Under the pieces are notes generated by a model. That model saw only the letters and a program-made list of their open reading frames with translations. It ran no database searches and was not told the DNA's origin. Made by a program: the position numbers and the translations under genes. A DNA stretch of 54,682 bases from Candidatus Omnitrophota bacterium (lineage in GTDB: Bacteria > Omnitrophota > Gorgyraeia > Gorgyraeales > Gorgyraeaceae). This document shows positions 36,265-45,147 of the stretch, piece by piece. Position 1 is the stretch's first letter, and each line of letters begins with the position of its first letter. The stretch covers positions 1 to 54,682 of the forward strand of contig JAUSEX010000022.1 in NCBI GenBank assembly GCA_030649895.1. Direction: 5' to 3'.

Positions 36265-36360
36265 AGTTCTCGACTCACGAAGTTTACCCCAAGCGAAGTC
36301 GAGAGGCTCACTCGAACGCTATTATTTTTCAGGGCGTGGCCGAAGAGCCGAGTCGAGAAA
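36265..36360. repeat. nested palindromic repeat, copy C
   Basis: AGTTCTCGAC sits 3 nt after the trmD stop, followed by ... GTCGAGAGGCTCACTCGAACGCTATT ... GAGCCGAGTCGAGAA. Confidence 0.7.
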
Positions 36361-36374
36361 TTAAAGGAGGAATA

Positions 36375-36767
36375 ATGGATATTATCGGAGAATTGGAAAA
36401 AGATTTTATGAAAAAAGATGTAACTAATTTTAAAGTAGGGGATACCGTCAAGGTGGCAGTCAAGATAAAAGAAGGCGATAAGATAAGGAATCAGGCCTTT
36501 GAAGGGATTGTGATCGCCAGAAAAGGTTCGGGCGTAAAAGAGACCTTTACGGTAAGGCACATATCTTTCGGGGAAGGCGTAGAGAGGGTGTTTTTTGTTC
36601 ATTCTCCGCAAATAGACTCGATAAAGGTCATTAAAAAAGGCAAGGTTAACAGGGCAAGGCTTTATTATCTGAGGAAAAGAGTTGGCAAAAGCACATCGGT
36701 CGAAGAAGAAAGAGAAATTGCAAAACCCCAGGCAAATGCTGGCGTGGGAGAAAAAGGCGTTTCTTGA
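36375..36767 (+). CDS. rplS: 50S ribosomal protein L19
   Basis: FKVGDTVKV..KEGDKIRNQAFEGIVIARKG. ATG 36375 follows AAGGAGG. The GTG 36336 in the track would read through the repeat. Confidence 0.9.
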   Translation: MDIIGELEKDFMKKDVTNFKVGDTVKVAVKIKEGDKIRNQAFEGIVIARKGSGVKETFTVRHISFGEGVERVFFVHSPQIDSIKVIKKGKVNRARLYYLRKRVGKSTSVEEEREIAKPQANAGVGEKGVS

Positions 36768-37416
36768 CGGGGCTTCTGTCGTAATAGGCGTTGACGAGGC
36801 GGGCAGAGGGCCTCTCGCAGGCCCTGTTGTGGCAGGCGCCGTGATCCTCAAAGACCTTAAATACAAATCCAGGATAGATGATTCAAAAAAGCTGAGCCCT
36901 GCGCAGAGAGAGATGGCGTTCAGAGAGATATCGAAGAAAGCGGTTTTCGGCATAGGCGTCAAAGATAATAAATACATAGATAGAGAAAATATACACGTGG
37001 CAACGCTTGCAGCAATGAAGCAGGCGGTTAAAAAGCTGGTATCCAAATTTTGCCGCTTGTCTGATAAAAAAGAAAAAAATATCAGAAAAAATATCTGCGT
37101 TCTTGTGGATGGCGTATTTGGCGGGTTTCTCCCTTATAAAACAATCCCGATTGTAAAAGGCGACTCTAAAAGCTTTTCTATAGCAGCTGCGTCAATAGTG
37201 GCAAAGGTAACGCGTGACGCGATCATGAATGAGTATGATAAAAAATACCCTCTTTATAGTTTCTCAAAACACAAAGGATATGGCACAAGATTGCACCTGC
37301 AGGCTATTGAGCAATACGGGCCATGCTCGATACACAGAAAAAGTTTCGCACCTATTAAAATAACCGACCTTCGTCCCAGGGGCGGAGGTGATAATAATGA
37401 CATTCGCAAGGATTAA
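36736..37416 (+). CDS. rnhB: ribonuclease HII
   Basis: IGVDEAGRGPLAGPVV and DSKKLS motifs. Start set at ATG 36736. Confidence 0.9.
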   Translation: MLAWEKKAFLDGASVVIGVDEAGRGPLAGPVVAGAVILKDLKYKSRIDDSKKLSPAQREMAFREISKKAVFGIGVKDNKYIDRENIHVATLAAMKQAVKKLVSKFCRLSDKKEKNIRKNICVLVDGVFGGFLPYKTIPIVKGDSKSFSIAAASIVAKVTRDAIMNEYDKKYPLYSFSKHKGYGTRLHLQAIEQYGPCSIHRKSFAPIKITDLRPRGGGDNNDIRKD

Positions 37417-37777
37417 CTCGGGAAGAAAAGGGGAAGAGCAGGCTATAGCTTGCTTGCGCAAAAACGGCTATAAAATAATAGAAAAGAATTACAGGACAAA
37501 ACTCGGGGAAATAGATATAATAGCTGATGACAAGGGCGTTATTTCTTTTGTGGAGGTACGGTCTAAAAATAGCCCCGGATTTGGCCTGCCTGAAGAAACC
37601 ATAAATAAAAAGAAAAAAGCGCAAATTTCAAAGATAGCCCTGGCGTATATAAAGCAATGCAATTTAATGGATAAAAGCTGCAGGTTTGACGTAGTTTGCA
37701 TTCAGGGCGTTGACAGTCCAGAGCCAGAAATAAAATTGATTAAGGATGCGTTTGAGCTGGATGATAAGTGGAGGTAA
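37388..37777 (+). CDS. YraN-family (UPF0102) endonuclease-like protein
   Basis: GRKGEEQAIACLRKNGYKIIEKNYRTKLGEIDIIA. Confidence 0.85.
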   Translation: MIIMTFARINSGRKGEEQAIACLRKNGYKIIEKNYRTKLGEIDIIADDKGVISFVEVRSKNSPGFGLPEETINKKKKAQISKIALAYIKQCNLMDKSCRFDVVCIQGVDSPEPEIKLIKDAFELDDKWR

Positions 37778-39489
37778 AATTGAAAAGCGTCCCAAGCGAT
37801 CTTGAGATAGCCCAGGCTGCAAAACTGAAACCTATTATTGAGATTGCAAAAAACTTAGGCATAAGAGAAAACGAATTGGAGTTATACGGAAAGTATAAAG
37901 CCAAGATCTCGCTTTCCATACTCGATCGCCTTAAAAATAAACCCTTTGGAAAATACATAGATGTAACAGCTATTACGCCAACGCCTTTAGGAGAAGGAAA
38001 AACAGTTACGACTATAGGTTTGAGCTTAGGGCTGGCAAAACTCAGAAAAAAAGTTATAACAACGCTCAGGCAGCCATCGATGGGGCCTGTATTTGGCATA
38101 AAAGGCGGAGCTGCGGGAGGCGGTTATTCCCAGGTATTGCCGATGGAAGATATTAATCTTCATTTTACGGGCGATATACATGCGGTAGGCGCGGCAAATA
38201 ATCTTTTAGCCGCATTTATAGACAACAGCATTGTAAAGGGCAATAAACTGAACATAGATCCAGATACCATTATTACGCGCAGGGTAGTGGATATAAGCGA
38301 TAGGGCCTTGCGGCATATAAAAACCGGGCTGGGCGGAGAGGACAACGGAATCCCGAGAGATACAGGTTTTGACATAACAGTTGCGAGCGAAGTTATGGCA
38401 ATACTCGCGCTTTCAAACAGCCTCCTTGATTTAAGACAGCGCATAGGAAAGATGATAGCAGCTTTTACTTATGATGGGAAACCCGTCACATCGGAGAATC
38501 TGAAATGCGCAGGCGCCATGACGGTCCTTTTAAAAGACGCTATTAAGCCTAACCTTATTCAGACCACAGAGAACACCCCGTGCATTATGCACGCAGGGCC
38601 TTTTGCAAATATCGCGCACGGCAACAATTCAATATTGGCGGATATGATAGCTTTAAGATCGGCGGATTACGTGGTTACTGAGAGCGGTTTTGGGGCAGAC
38701 TGCGGGCTAGAAAAATTTATGGATATAAAATGCCGGATACCGGGACTTAAGCCGCCCGATAGCGTGGTTATCGTTTGCAGCGTGAGGGCGCTAAAGATGC
38801 ATGGTGGCGCATTTAAGGCAGCGCCTGGCAAAAAGATAGACGAAGAGGCCTTAAGAAGAGAAGACGTGGAGGCTGTTAAAAGAGGCGCCAGCAACCTTGA
38901 AAAGCATATTGAGAATATAAAATTATTCGGCGTGCCTGTAGTAGTCGCGATAAACAGGTTTTTATACGATACGGATAAAGAAATTGCCGTGATAAAAGAA
39001 ATAGCTGTGAAAGCAGGCGCAGAGGACGCTGTTTTAAGCGAGGTATGGGAAAAAGGCGGCGAAGGCGGCGTAGATTTAGCTAAAGCCGTAATAAAGGCGT
39101 GCGAGAAAAAATCAAACTTCAAGTACCTGTATCCTCTGGATCTGCCGATCAAAGAAAAGATAGAGCTGATAGCAAAAAATATTTATGGCGCGAAAGACGT
39201 AAGCTATGCGGCGGAAGCTGAAAGAAAGATAGAGTTTTACGCAAAATTAGGCTATGATAAATTACCAATATGCATGGCAAAGACCCATCTATCGCTCTCG
39301 CATGATCCGGAGCTAAAGGCCAGGCCAAGGGATTTTACTTTACCTGTAAGGGATATAAGGATTTCAGCAGGCGCCGGGTTTTTATATCCATTATGCGGAG
39401 ATATGCGCACGATGCCGGGCCTGCCGTCAGTACCAGCCGGCACTAAAGTGGATATTGATAAAAATGGAAGAGTGGTAGGGTTATTTTGA
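37768..39489 (+). CDS. fhs: formate--tetrahydrofolate ligase
   Basis: SDLEIAQ.., P-loop TPTPLGEGKTVTT, and GFGADCGLEKF. Confidence 0.95.
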   Translation: MEVKLKSVPSDLEIAQAAKLKPIIEIAKNLGIRENELELYGKYKAKISLSILDRLKNKPFGKYIDVTAITPTPLGEGKTVTTIGLSLGLAKLRKKVITTLRQPSMGPVFGIKGGAAGGGYSQVLPMEDINLHFTGDIHAVGAANNLLAAFIDNSIVKGNKLNIDPDTIITRRVVDISDRALRHIKTGLGGEDNGIPRDTGFDITVASEVMAILALSNSLLDLRQRIGKMIAAFTYDGKPVTSENLKCAGAMTVLLKDAIKPNLIQTTENTPCIMHAGPFANIAHGNNSILADMIALRSADYVVTESGFGADCGLEKFMDIKCRIPGLKPPDSVVIVCSVRALKMHGGAFKAAPGKKIDEEALRREDVEAVKRGASNLEKHIENIKLFGVPVVVAINRFLYDTDKEIAVIKEIAVKAGAEDAVLSEVWEKGGEGGVDLAKAVIKACEKKSNFKYLYPLDLPIKEKIELIAKNIYGAKDVSYAAEAERKIEFYAKLGYDKLPICMAKTHLSLSHDPELKARPRDFTLPVRDIRISAGAGFLYPLCGDMRTMPGLPSVPAGTKVDIDKNGRVVGLF

Positions 39490-39510
39490 ATCGCGCGACT
39501 ACGCGAAAGC

Positions 39511-39622
39511 AGTTCTCGACTAGGCTTATATGTATAGCCGCAGTGTCCGCTCGAACGATATTGCGATAATATTCTTCGAACGATCATTAGAGTATTATTG
39601 TGCGAGCAGAGAGTCGAGAAGC
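39511..39622. repeat. nested palindromic repeat, copy D (most complete)
   Basis: AGTTCTCGAC ... CCGCTCGAACGATATT-GCGAT-AATATTCTTCGAACGATC ... GAGTCGAGAAGC. Confidence 0.75.
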
Positions 39623-39647
39623 AAAAGACAGAAGTTTGTAGAATTAT

Positions 39648-40247
39648 ATGTACATCAATAAACCTTTAAAAGTATATATAGATGATCTTGCCGCAAAACA
39701 GCCTACGCCGGGCGGCGGAAGCGCAGCTGGCTTGGCAGGAGCGTTAGGCGCAGCGTTGCTGGAGATGGTTTGCAACTTCACCATCGGTAATAAAAAGTAT
39801 AAAGACATAGAAGACGCCGTAAGCGGTTATTTTCTGGTAATTAAAAAAATAAGAGAGGATTTCCTTGTTTTAGTAGACGAGGATACGGAGGTGTATTCTT
39901 CCATATGCGCTGCATTTAAAACAAAAGATGAAAAAATCATTGATAAAGCGCTGAAAGACGGATATTATGTTTCTTTAAAAATGTGCGAGACGGCGAAATC
40001 TGGCATGAAAGTCTCGTCAGGTCTGGCTGAGAAATCGAATGTCAATCTGATAACAGATGTGGGATGCGGTTCAGAGCTTTTAAAGGCCAGTTTTAATTCA
40101 GGCGTATTTAACGCGGAGATAAATCTTAAGGGAATAAAGGACGCGCCTTTCGTGGAAAAGGAAAGACTGGTTTTAAGCGCCCTCGAAAAAGATACGATCG
40201 AGCTGTACGAAAAGGCGATTTCTAAAACAAAAGAAAGGATGTTGTAA
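39648..40247 (+). CDS. fchA: methenyl-THF cyclohydrolase / formimino-THF cyclodeaminase family protein
   Basis: FTCD_C-type N-terminus LAAKQPTPGGGSAAGLAGALGAALLEMV. Confidence 0.85.
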   Translation: MYINKPLKVYIDDLAAKQPTPGGGSAAGLAGALGAALLEMVCNFTIGNKKYKDIEDAVSGYFLVIKKIREDFLVLVDEDTEVYSSICAAFKTKDEKIIDKALKDGYYVSLKMCETAKSGMKVSSGLAEKSNVNLITDVGCGSELLKASFNSGVFNAEINLKGIKDAPFVEKERLVLSALEKDTIELYEKAISKTKERML

Positions 40248-40249
40248 TT

Positions 40250-41110
40250 ATGCCCGCTAAATTACTGGAAGGCAAGAGCGTTGCCTTGAAGATAAAGGAA
40301 AACATAAGAGCGGAAATAGAAACTTTAAAAAGTAAATACGGATTCGGGCCTAAGCTTGTCAGCGTACAGGTTGGAGAGAATTCCGCTTCGGAGATATATA
40401 TCAAGTCCCAGGAGAAAACAGCCAGGGACCTGGGAATAGACTATGAACTTAAAAAAATAGCGGCTGATATCAAGCAAGACGAACTTATAAAGGCAATAGA
40501 ACTGCTGAACAAAGGTAAATCAGTAAACGGGATTATAATCCAGATGCCGTTGCCTCAGCACATAGACGCAAAACTTATTTCCAGGTATATATCTCCCTTA
40601 AAAGACATAGAGGCGGTTCATCCCCAGAACATGGGCGAGATTATTTTTGGAACAGCTAAAGTTTTACCGTGCACGGCAGCCGCGTGCATGGAGCTTTTGA
40701 ATTCAGTGCCTGAGCTTGAGCTATACGGTAAAGAAGCTGTCGTGGTGGGCCACAGTGAAATCGTAGGGAAGCCATTGGCTCTATTGTTATTGAATAAATT
40801 CGTAACTACCACGGTCTGCCATATAGCTACGGGCAAAAGAGGAACGCTTCCAGAATTTGTAAAAAAGGCTGAGATTTTGATAGTAGCCGTAGGAAAGGCA
40901 GGCCTTGTAAAAGGCGATTGGATAAAAGAAGGCGCTATAGTGATTGATGTCGGGATTAACCGGGTGGAAGGCAAGATAGTTGGAGACGTGGAATTTGACA
41001 GGGCAGCTGAAAAGGCGTCTTATATTACGCCTGTCCCGGGCGGGGTAGGGCCTTTAACAGTAACAATCTTAATGCGGAATGTAGTCGAAGCGTTTAAACA
41101 GCAGGCGTAA
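40250..41110 (+). CDS. folD: bifunctional methylene-THF dehydrogenase / methenyl-THF cyclohydrolase
   Basis: QVGENSASEIYIKSQ, IIIQMPLP and VVVGHSEIVGKP. Confidence 0.95.
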   Translation: MPAKLLEGKSVALKIKENIRAEIETLKSKYGFGPKLVSVQVGENSASEIYIKSQEKTARDLGIDYELKKIAADIKQDELIKAIELLNKGKSVNGIIIQMPLPQHIDAKLISRYISPLKDIEAVHPQNMGEIIFGTAKVLPCTAAACMELLNSVPELELYGKEAVVVGHSEIVGKPLALLLLNKFVTTTVCHIATGKRGTLPEFVKKAEILIVAVGKAGLVKGDWIKEGAIVIDVGINRVEGKIVGDVEFDRAAEKASYITPVPGGVGPLTVTILMRNVVEAFKQQA

Positions 41111-41134
41111 CCGGCGCGTGGCGCCATTTTTATT

Positions 41135-42001
41135 ATGAGATTATACGATAAGATAAAATCCGGAAAATTTATAATCACGTCGGAAATAGCTCCGCCGAAA
41201 GGCATTGACGTGGAAGAGATTCTCAAAGATGCCGATCTTGTAAAAGGCAGGGTGGACGCGATAAACGTGACAGACCTGCAGAGTTCTGTTATGCGTACCG
41301 GATCCCTGGCGATATGCAAGCTTTTAATAGAGCGCGGGCTGGAGCCCGTGTTTCAGATTACATGCAGGGATAGAAATAGATTGGCGCTTCAGTCAGACCT
41401 TCTGTCAGCAGCTGTTTTCGGGATAGAGAACGTGCTGGCTTTGACCGGGGATCATCCTGCGCTTGGGGATCATCCTGGCGCGAAGCCGGTTTTTGATCTA
41501 GATTCAATGCAGCTGCTGGAGGCTATCAGGGGCCTACAGTCAGGCAAAGATATGGCTGGCAAGGAATTGAAGGGCAGCCCTAAATTTTGCGTAGGCGCTG
41601 TTGTAAATCCTGGCGCAGATCCGATAGAGCCGGAGATTATAAAAATGGAGAAAAAAATACAAGCGGGCGCGCAATTTTTTCAAACCCAGGCTATTTACGA
41701 GATGCATCTTTTTGAGAAATTTCTAAAGGCTTCCTCTCATTTGAAGACGACTATCATAGCGGGCATAGTGCTTTTAAAATCAGCCGGCATGGCAAAATAT
41801 ATGAATAAAAATGTAGCCGGAGTATTCGTGCCTGATAATCTGATTGAAGAGATAGACAAGGCAAAGGATAAAAGCGAAAAATCAATAGAGATAGCCGCAA
41901 GGCTCATTAAGGAGCTTAAGCCTATGTGCCAGGGCGTTCATATTATGCCAATAGGATGGGATAAAAAAGTCCCATTGGTTCTGGACGCAGCTGGCTTATG
42001 A
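41135..42001 (+). CDS. metF: methylenetetrahydrofolate reductase (acetogen-type MetF)
   Basis: SEIAPPKG.., INVTD, and ITCRDRNR..LALTGD. Confidence 0.9.
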   Translation: MRLYDKIKSGKFIITSEIAPPKGIDVEEILKDADLVKGRVDAINVTDLQSSVMRTGSLAICKLLIERGLEPVFQITCRDRNRLALQSDLLSAAVFGIENVLALTGDHPALGDHPGAKPVFDLDSMQLLEAIRGLQSGKDMAGKELKGSPKFCVGAVVNPGADPIEPEIIKMEKKIQAGAQFFQTQAIYEMHLFEKFLKASSHLKTTIIAGIVLLKSAGMAKYMNKNVAGVFVPDNLIEEIDKAKDKSEKSIEIAARLIKELKPMCQGVHIMPIGWDKKVPLVLDAAGL

Positions 42002-42036
42002 TTGGGCCTATCCCGGTCTTTGATCGGGAGCTAAAT

Positions 42037-42789
42037 ATGAAGATAGCGGTAAGCGGAAAAGGCGGGGTGGGAAAGACCTCCGTGGCGGCCGGGCTGGTTT
42101 TATTTTTTAAAAAACAGGGGAAGAAAGTAATCGCCATAGATGCTGACCCTGACGCAAACCTTGCGGCCACTCTTGGATTTTCAGATTCAGAAAGGCCCGC
42201 GCCTGTATCAGAATTGAAAAAGATTATTCTTGAGCGCACAGGCGAAGTAGGCGCGTTTTTTAAATTAAACCCAAAGGTAGACGATATACCTGATAAATAT
42301 TCCGCCAGGCAGGACAATGTCATGCTCATGGAAATGGGCACCGTAAAAAAAGGCGGGGCAGGTTGTGTTTGCCCGGAAAGCGCTTTTTTAAAAGCGTTAT
42401 TGAGCCATATCTTTTTAAACAGGGATGAAGTTGTGGTTGTGGACATGGAGGCAGGGATAGAGCACCTGGGAAGGGGCACTGCGCAATCGGTTGAAAAATT
42501 TTTAATAGTCGTGGAGCCGAATAACACGTCGCTCGATACGGCGAGAAAAATAAAAACTCTCGCGGAAGGCCTTGGGATTAAGGAAATTTCAGTCATAGGA
42601 AATAAGATCAGGTCTGACAAAGACAAAGATTTTATAAATAAAAGATTAAAAGACATTAATGTGTTGGGGTTCATAGGCATGGACGAGGCGCTTTTAAATT
42701 CGAGGGGCATATTGCCCGAGGATTCTGAATTTATAAAAAATTTGGCGGAGGTATTTAATGGCAAAATCAACGGGCAATCCTATCAATGA
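42037..42789 (+). CDS. cooC: CODH/ACS nickel-insertion ATPase (CooC/AcsF family)
   Basis: MKIAVSGKGGVGKT P-loop and GCVCPE CxC motif. Start set at ATG 42037. Confidence 0.9.
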   Translation: MKIAVSGKGGVGKTSVAAGLVLFFKKQGKKVIAIDADPDANLAATLGFSDSERPAPVSELKKIILERTGEVGAFFKLNPKVDDIPDKYSARQDNVMLMEMGTVKKGGAGCVCPESAFLKALLSHIFLNRDEVVVVDMEAGIEHLGRGTAQSVEKFLIVVEPNNTSLDTARKIKTLAEGLGIKEISVIGNKIRSDKDKDFINKRLKDINVLGFIGMDEALLNSRGILPEDSEFIKNLAEVFNGKINGQSYQ

Positions 42790-44662
42790 TAAATTACTGG
42801 AGATAGCCAGGCAAAATAACATTTCTACCATATGGGACCGCTTTGCGGAGCAGGAGCCTCATTGCGGATTCGGGGAGCTCGGGGTCTGCTGCAAGATCTG
42901 TAATCTTGGCCCATGCAGAATAGATCCGTTCGGGGAAGGCGCCCAGAAAGGCGCATGCGGGGCGGACGCAGATACTATAAGCGCAAGGAACTTAACGCGA
43001 AACGCAGCGGCAGGCGCTGCCTGTCATTCTGACCATGGCAGATCCATGGCAAAGATCCTCGCGGATACGGGAAGAGGCGTGGTAAAAGATTATTCAATAA
43101 AGGATGTTAAAAAACTAAAAAGGCTAGCCGTTGAGTACGGCATAAAAATAGAGGGTAAAAACGACTTAAAGATAGCTGAAGAACTAGGCGAGGCTATTCT
43201 AAAAGAATTCGGACAGCAGGAAGGCGAATTAACGCTGACAAAAAGGGCCCCCAAGAAACAGCAGGAGACGTGGAAAAAAACAAATGTCAATCCCAGAGGG
43301 ATTGACATAGAGGTTGTCCAGGCGTTTTCCAGGACTCATATCGGGTGCGATAATGAATACAAGCATGTCCTGGAGGCAGCTATAAGGGCTTCGCTTGTAG
43401 ATGGATGGGGCGGGTCCATGATAGCTACGGAACTTAGCGATATATTATTCGGCTCTCCGCAGCCTATTCGCGCAGAGATAAATTTAGGCGTGCTGAAAGA
43501 AGATGAGGTGAATATTCTTTTGCATGGCCACGAGCCGTTGCTTTCTGACATTATAGTTACTGCAAGCCAGGACAAAGAGATTCAGGAGCTTGTCAGGAAA
43601 ACCGGGGCAAAAGGAATTAATTTATCCGGGATTTGCTGCACCGCGGCAGAGGTCCTGATGAGGCATGGCGTTCCAATGGCTGGGAATTTTCTTCAACAAG
43701 AGCTGGCTATAGTCACAGGCGCTGTTGAAGCAATGATCGTGGATGTGCAATGTATTATGCCCAGCCTGAGCGAAGTGGCGAAGTCTTTTCATACAAAGCT
43801 TATTTCTACTTCTCCGAAAGCGAAATTTGTAGGCATGGAACATATAGAATTTCATGAAAAAGAAGCATTGCTAACAGCAAAAAAGATTTTAAGAATCGCT
43901 ATAGAAAATTATAAAAACAGAGATCGTTCAAAAGTAAATATACCCAAGGAAAAGATGACCCTTGTAGCGGGTTTTACAATGGAGAATGTTTTTTATAATC
44001 TGGGCGGAAGCTTTAGGCCGTCATACAGGCCTTTAAACGACGCGATTATGAGCGGCAGGATACGGGGAGTGGCTGGCGTAGTAGGTTGCGATAACCCAAA
44101 AAACGAGTCAGGCATGTGTCACGCAGATATGGTTAAAGAGCTTATAAAAAATGATGTCCTGGTTGTTCAGACAGGATGTTCGGGAGGGGCGTGCGCAAAG
44201 GCCGGGCTTTTAACGCCAGAAGCTGCATTCAAATTTGCCGGAGAAGGCTTAAAAGAGATATGCGAGACAGTCGGCATCCCTCCGGTGCTGCATACGGGTT
44301 CATGCGTGGATAATACAAGGATTTTAACAGCGTGCTGCGAAATGGTAAAAGAAGGTGGCATAGGAAACAGTATCGACGAACTTCCTGTCGCAGGGGCTGC
44401 CCCGGAGTGGATGTCAGAAAAGGCGATCGCAATAGGCTGGTATTTTGTAACATCGGGAATATTCGTGGTCATTGGGTCTCCTTTGAGAGTGCTTGGAAGT
44501 AAAAATGTCACAAATTATATCTGTAATGAAATAGAGCCGATATACGGGGGAAAATGGGCGTTCGAAGCAGACCCGATAAAAGCAGCTCATTTAATGATAG
44601 AACATATTGACAAAAAGCGCGAAGCGCTAAAACTTAAGCCATTGATGTATTCAAAAGTATAA
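42758..44662 (+). CDS. acsA: anaerobic carbon-monoxide dehydrogenase catalytic subunit
   Basis: N-terminal Cys cluster CGFGELGVCCKICNLGPC. Full-length CooS-like protein (634 aa). Confidence 0.95.
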   Translation: MAKSTGNPINDKLLEIARQNNISTIWDRFAEQEPHCGFGELGVCCKICNLGPCRIDPFGEGAQKGACGADADTISARNLTRNAAAGAACHSDHGRSMAKILADTGRGVVKDYSIKDVKKLKRLAVEYGIKIEGKNDLKIAEELGEAILKEFGQQEGELTLTKRAPKKQQETWKKTNVNPRGIDIEVVQAFSRTHIGCDNEYKHVLEAAIRASLVDGWGGSMIATELSDILFGSPQPIRAEINLGVLKEDEVNILLHGHEPLLSDIIVTASQDKEIQELVRKTGAKGINLSGICCTAAEVLMRHGVPMAGNFLQQELAIVTGAVEAMIVDVQCIMPSLSEVAKSFHTKLISTSPKAKFVGMEHIEFHEKEALLTAKKILRIAIENYKNRDRSKVNIPKEKMTLVAGFTMENVFYNLGGSFRPSYRPLNDAIMSGRIRGVAGVVGCDNPKNESGMCHADMVKELIKNDVLVVQTGCSGGACAKAGLLTPEAAFKFAGEGLKEICETVGIPPVLHTGSCVDNTRILTACCEMVKEGGIGNSIDELPVAGAAPEWMSEKAIAIGWYFVTSGIFVVIGSPLRVLGSKNVTNYICNEIEPIYGGKWAFEADPIKAAHLMIEHIDKKREALKLKPLMYSKV

Positions 44663-44682
44663 TGCAACCATGGTAAAGCAAT

Positions 44683-45147
44683 ATGAAAAAAATTTACTGC
44701 AATATTAAAAAATGTCTTGGGTGCGGAAGCTGCGAAATAGCGTGCGCAGTTGAGCATTCCAGATCCAAAAAGCTGGATAGCGCTATTTCAGAAAATCCGT
44801 TGCCAATTAAACGGCGCAAGGCAGAATTTATTGAAGAAGGTATTTCTGTATCTACGGGGTGCCAGCATTGCGATAACGCAGCCTGCGTTGCAGCGTGCAT
44901 GTCCGGCGCAATGTACAAAGAAGCGAAAACAGGGCTGACGCAACACAGTAGGGATAAATGCGTCGGCTGCTGGATGTGCATCATGTCTTGTCCCTTCGGA
45001 GCTATTACCAGAGAGAAGCTGGAAAAACAGGTTGTAAAATGCGACCTCTGCCCGGACAGGAATAAGCCTGCCTGCGTAGAAGCGTGCCCCACGAAGGCGT
45101 TGTCTTTAGGTACTTTTAAGGAGTTTAAACAGCTATGCAATATGTAA
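44683..45147 (+). CDS. CooF-like polyferredoxin (four 4Fe-4S motifs)
   Basis: CLGCGSCEIAC, CQHCDNAACVAAC, CVGCWMCIMSCP and CDLCPD..ACVEACP. Confidence 0.9.
   Translation: MKKIYCNIKKCLGCGSCEIACAVEHSRSKKLDSAISENPLPIKRRKAEFIEEGISVSTGCQHCDNAACVAACMSGAMYKEAKTGLTQHSRDKCVGCWMCIMSCPFGAITREKLEKQVVKCDLCPDRNKPACVEACPTKALSLGTFKEFKQLCNM

Noticed and set aside
36336-36374. Upstream GTG start for rplS given by the ORF track. Similar long starts occur at 10536 (patatin), 50032 (pgsA), 29757 (coaE), 36682 (rnhB), 41998 (cooC) and 19369 (AsmA-like).
   Set aside because: The extensions read through repeats, hairpins or the preceding gene and lack an RBS. The internal ATGs are preceded by SD sequences or give canonical N-termini.
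35988-37046. 352-aa minus-strand ORF spanning trmD, a repeat copy, rplS and rnhB
   Set aside because: It is antisense to three genes with unmistakable protein signatures. Its translation is low-complexity (S/L/F/R-rich) with no motif. It is long only because the sense-strand codon usage avoids antisense stops.
39648-41110. Apparent redundancy of fchA with the cyclohydrolase half of folD
   Set aside because: Co-occurrence of FchA and FolD is already familiar from acetogen methyl-branch clusters, so it is not unusual.
41943-42770. 275-aa minus-strand ORF antisense to cooC. Similar antisense ORFs lie at 7382-8071, 51016-51654, 12106-12627, 48929-49429, 6225-6674, 21935-22447 and 53225-53728.
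   Set aside because: Each lies opposite a confidently identified gene and is S/P/L/F-rich with no recognisable motif. I treated them as shadow ORFs.
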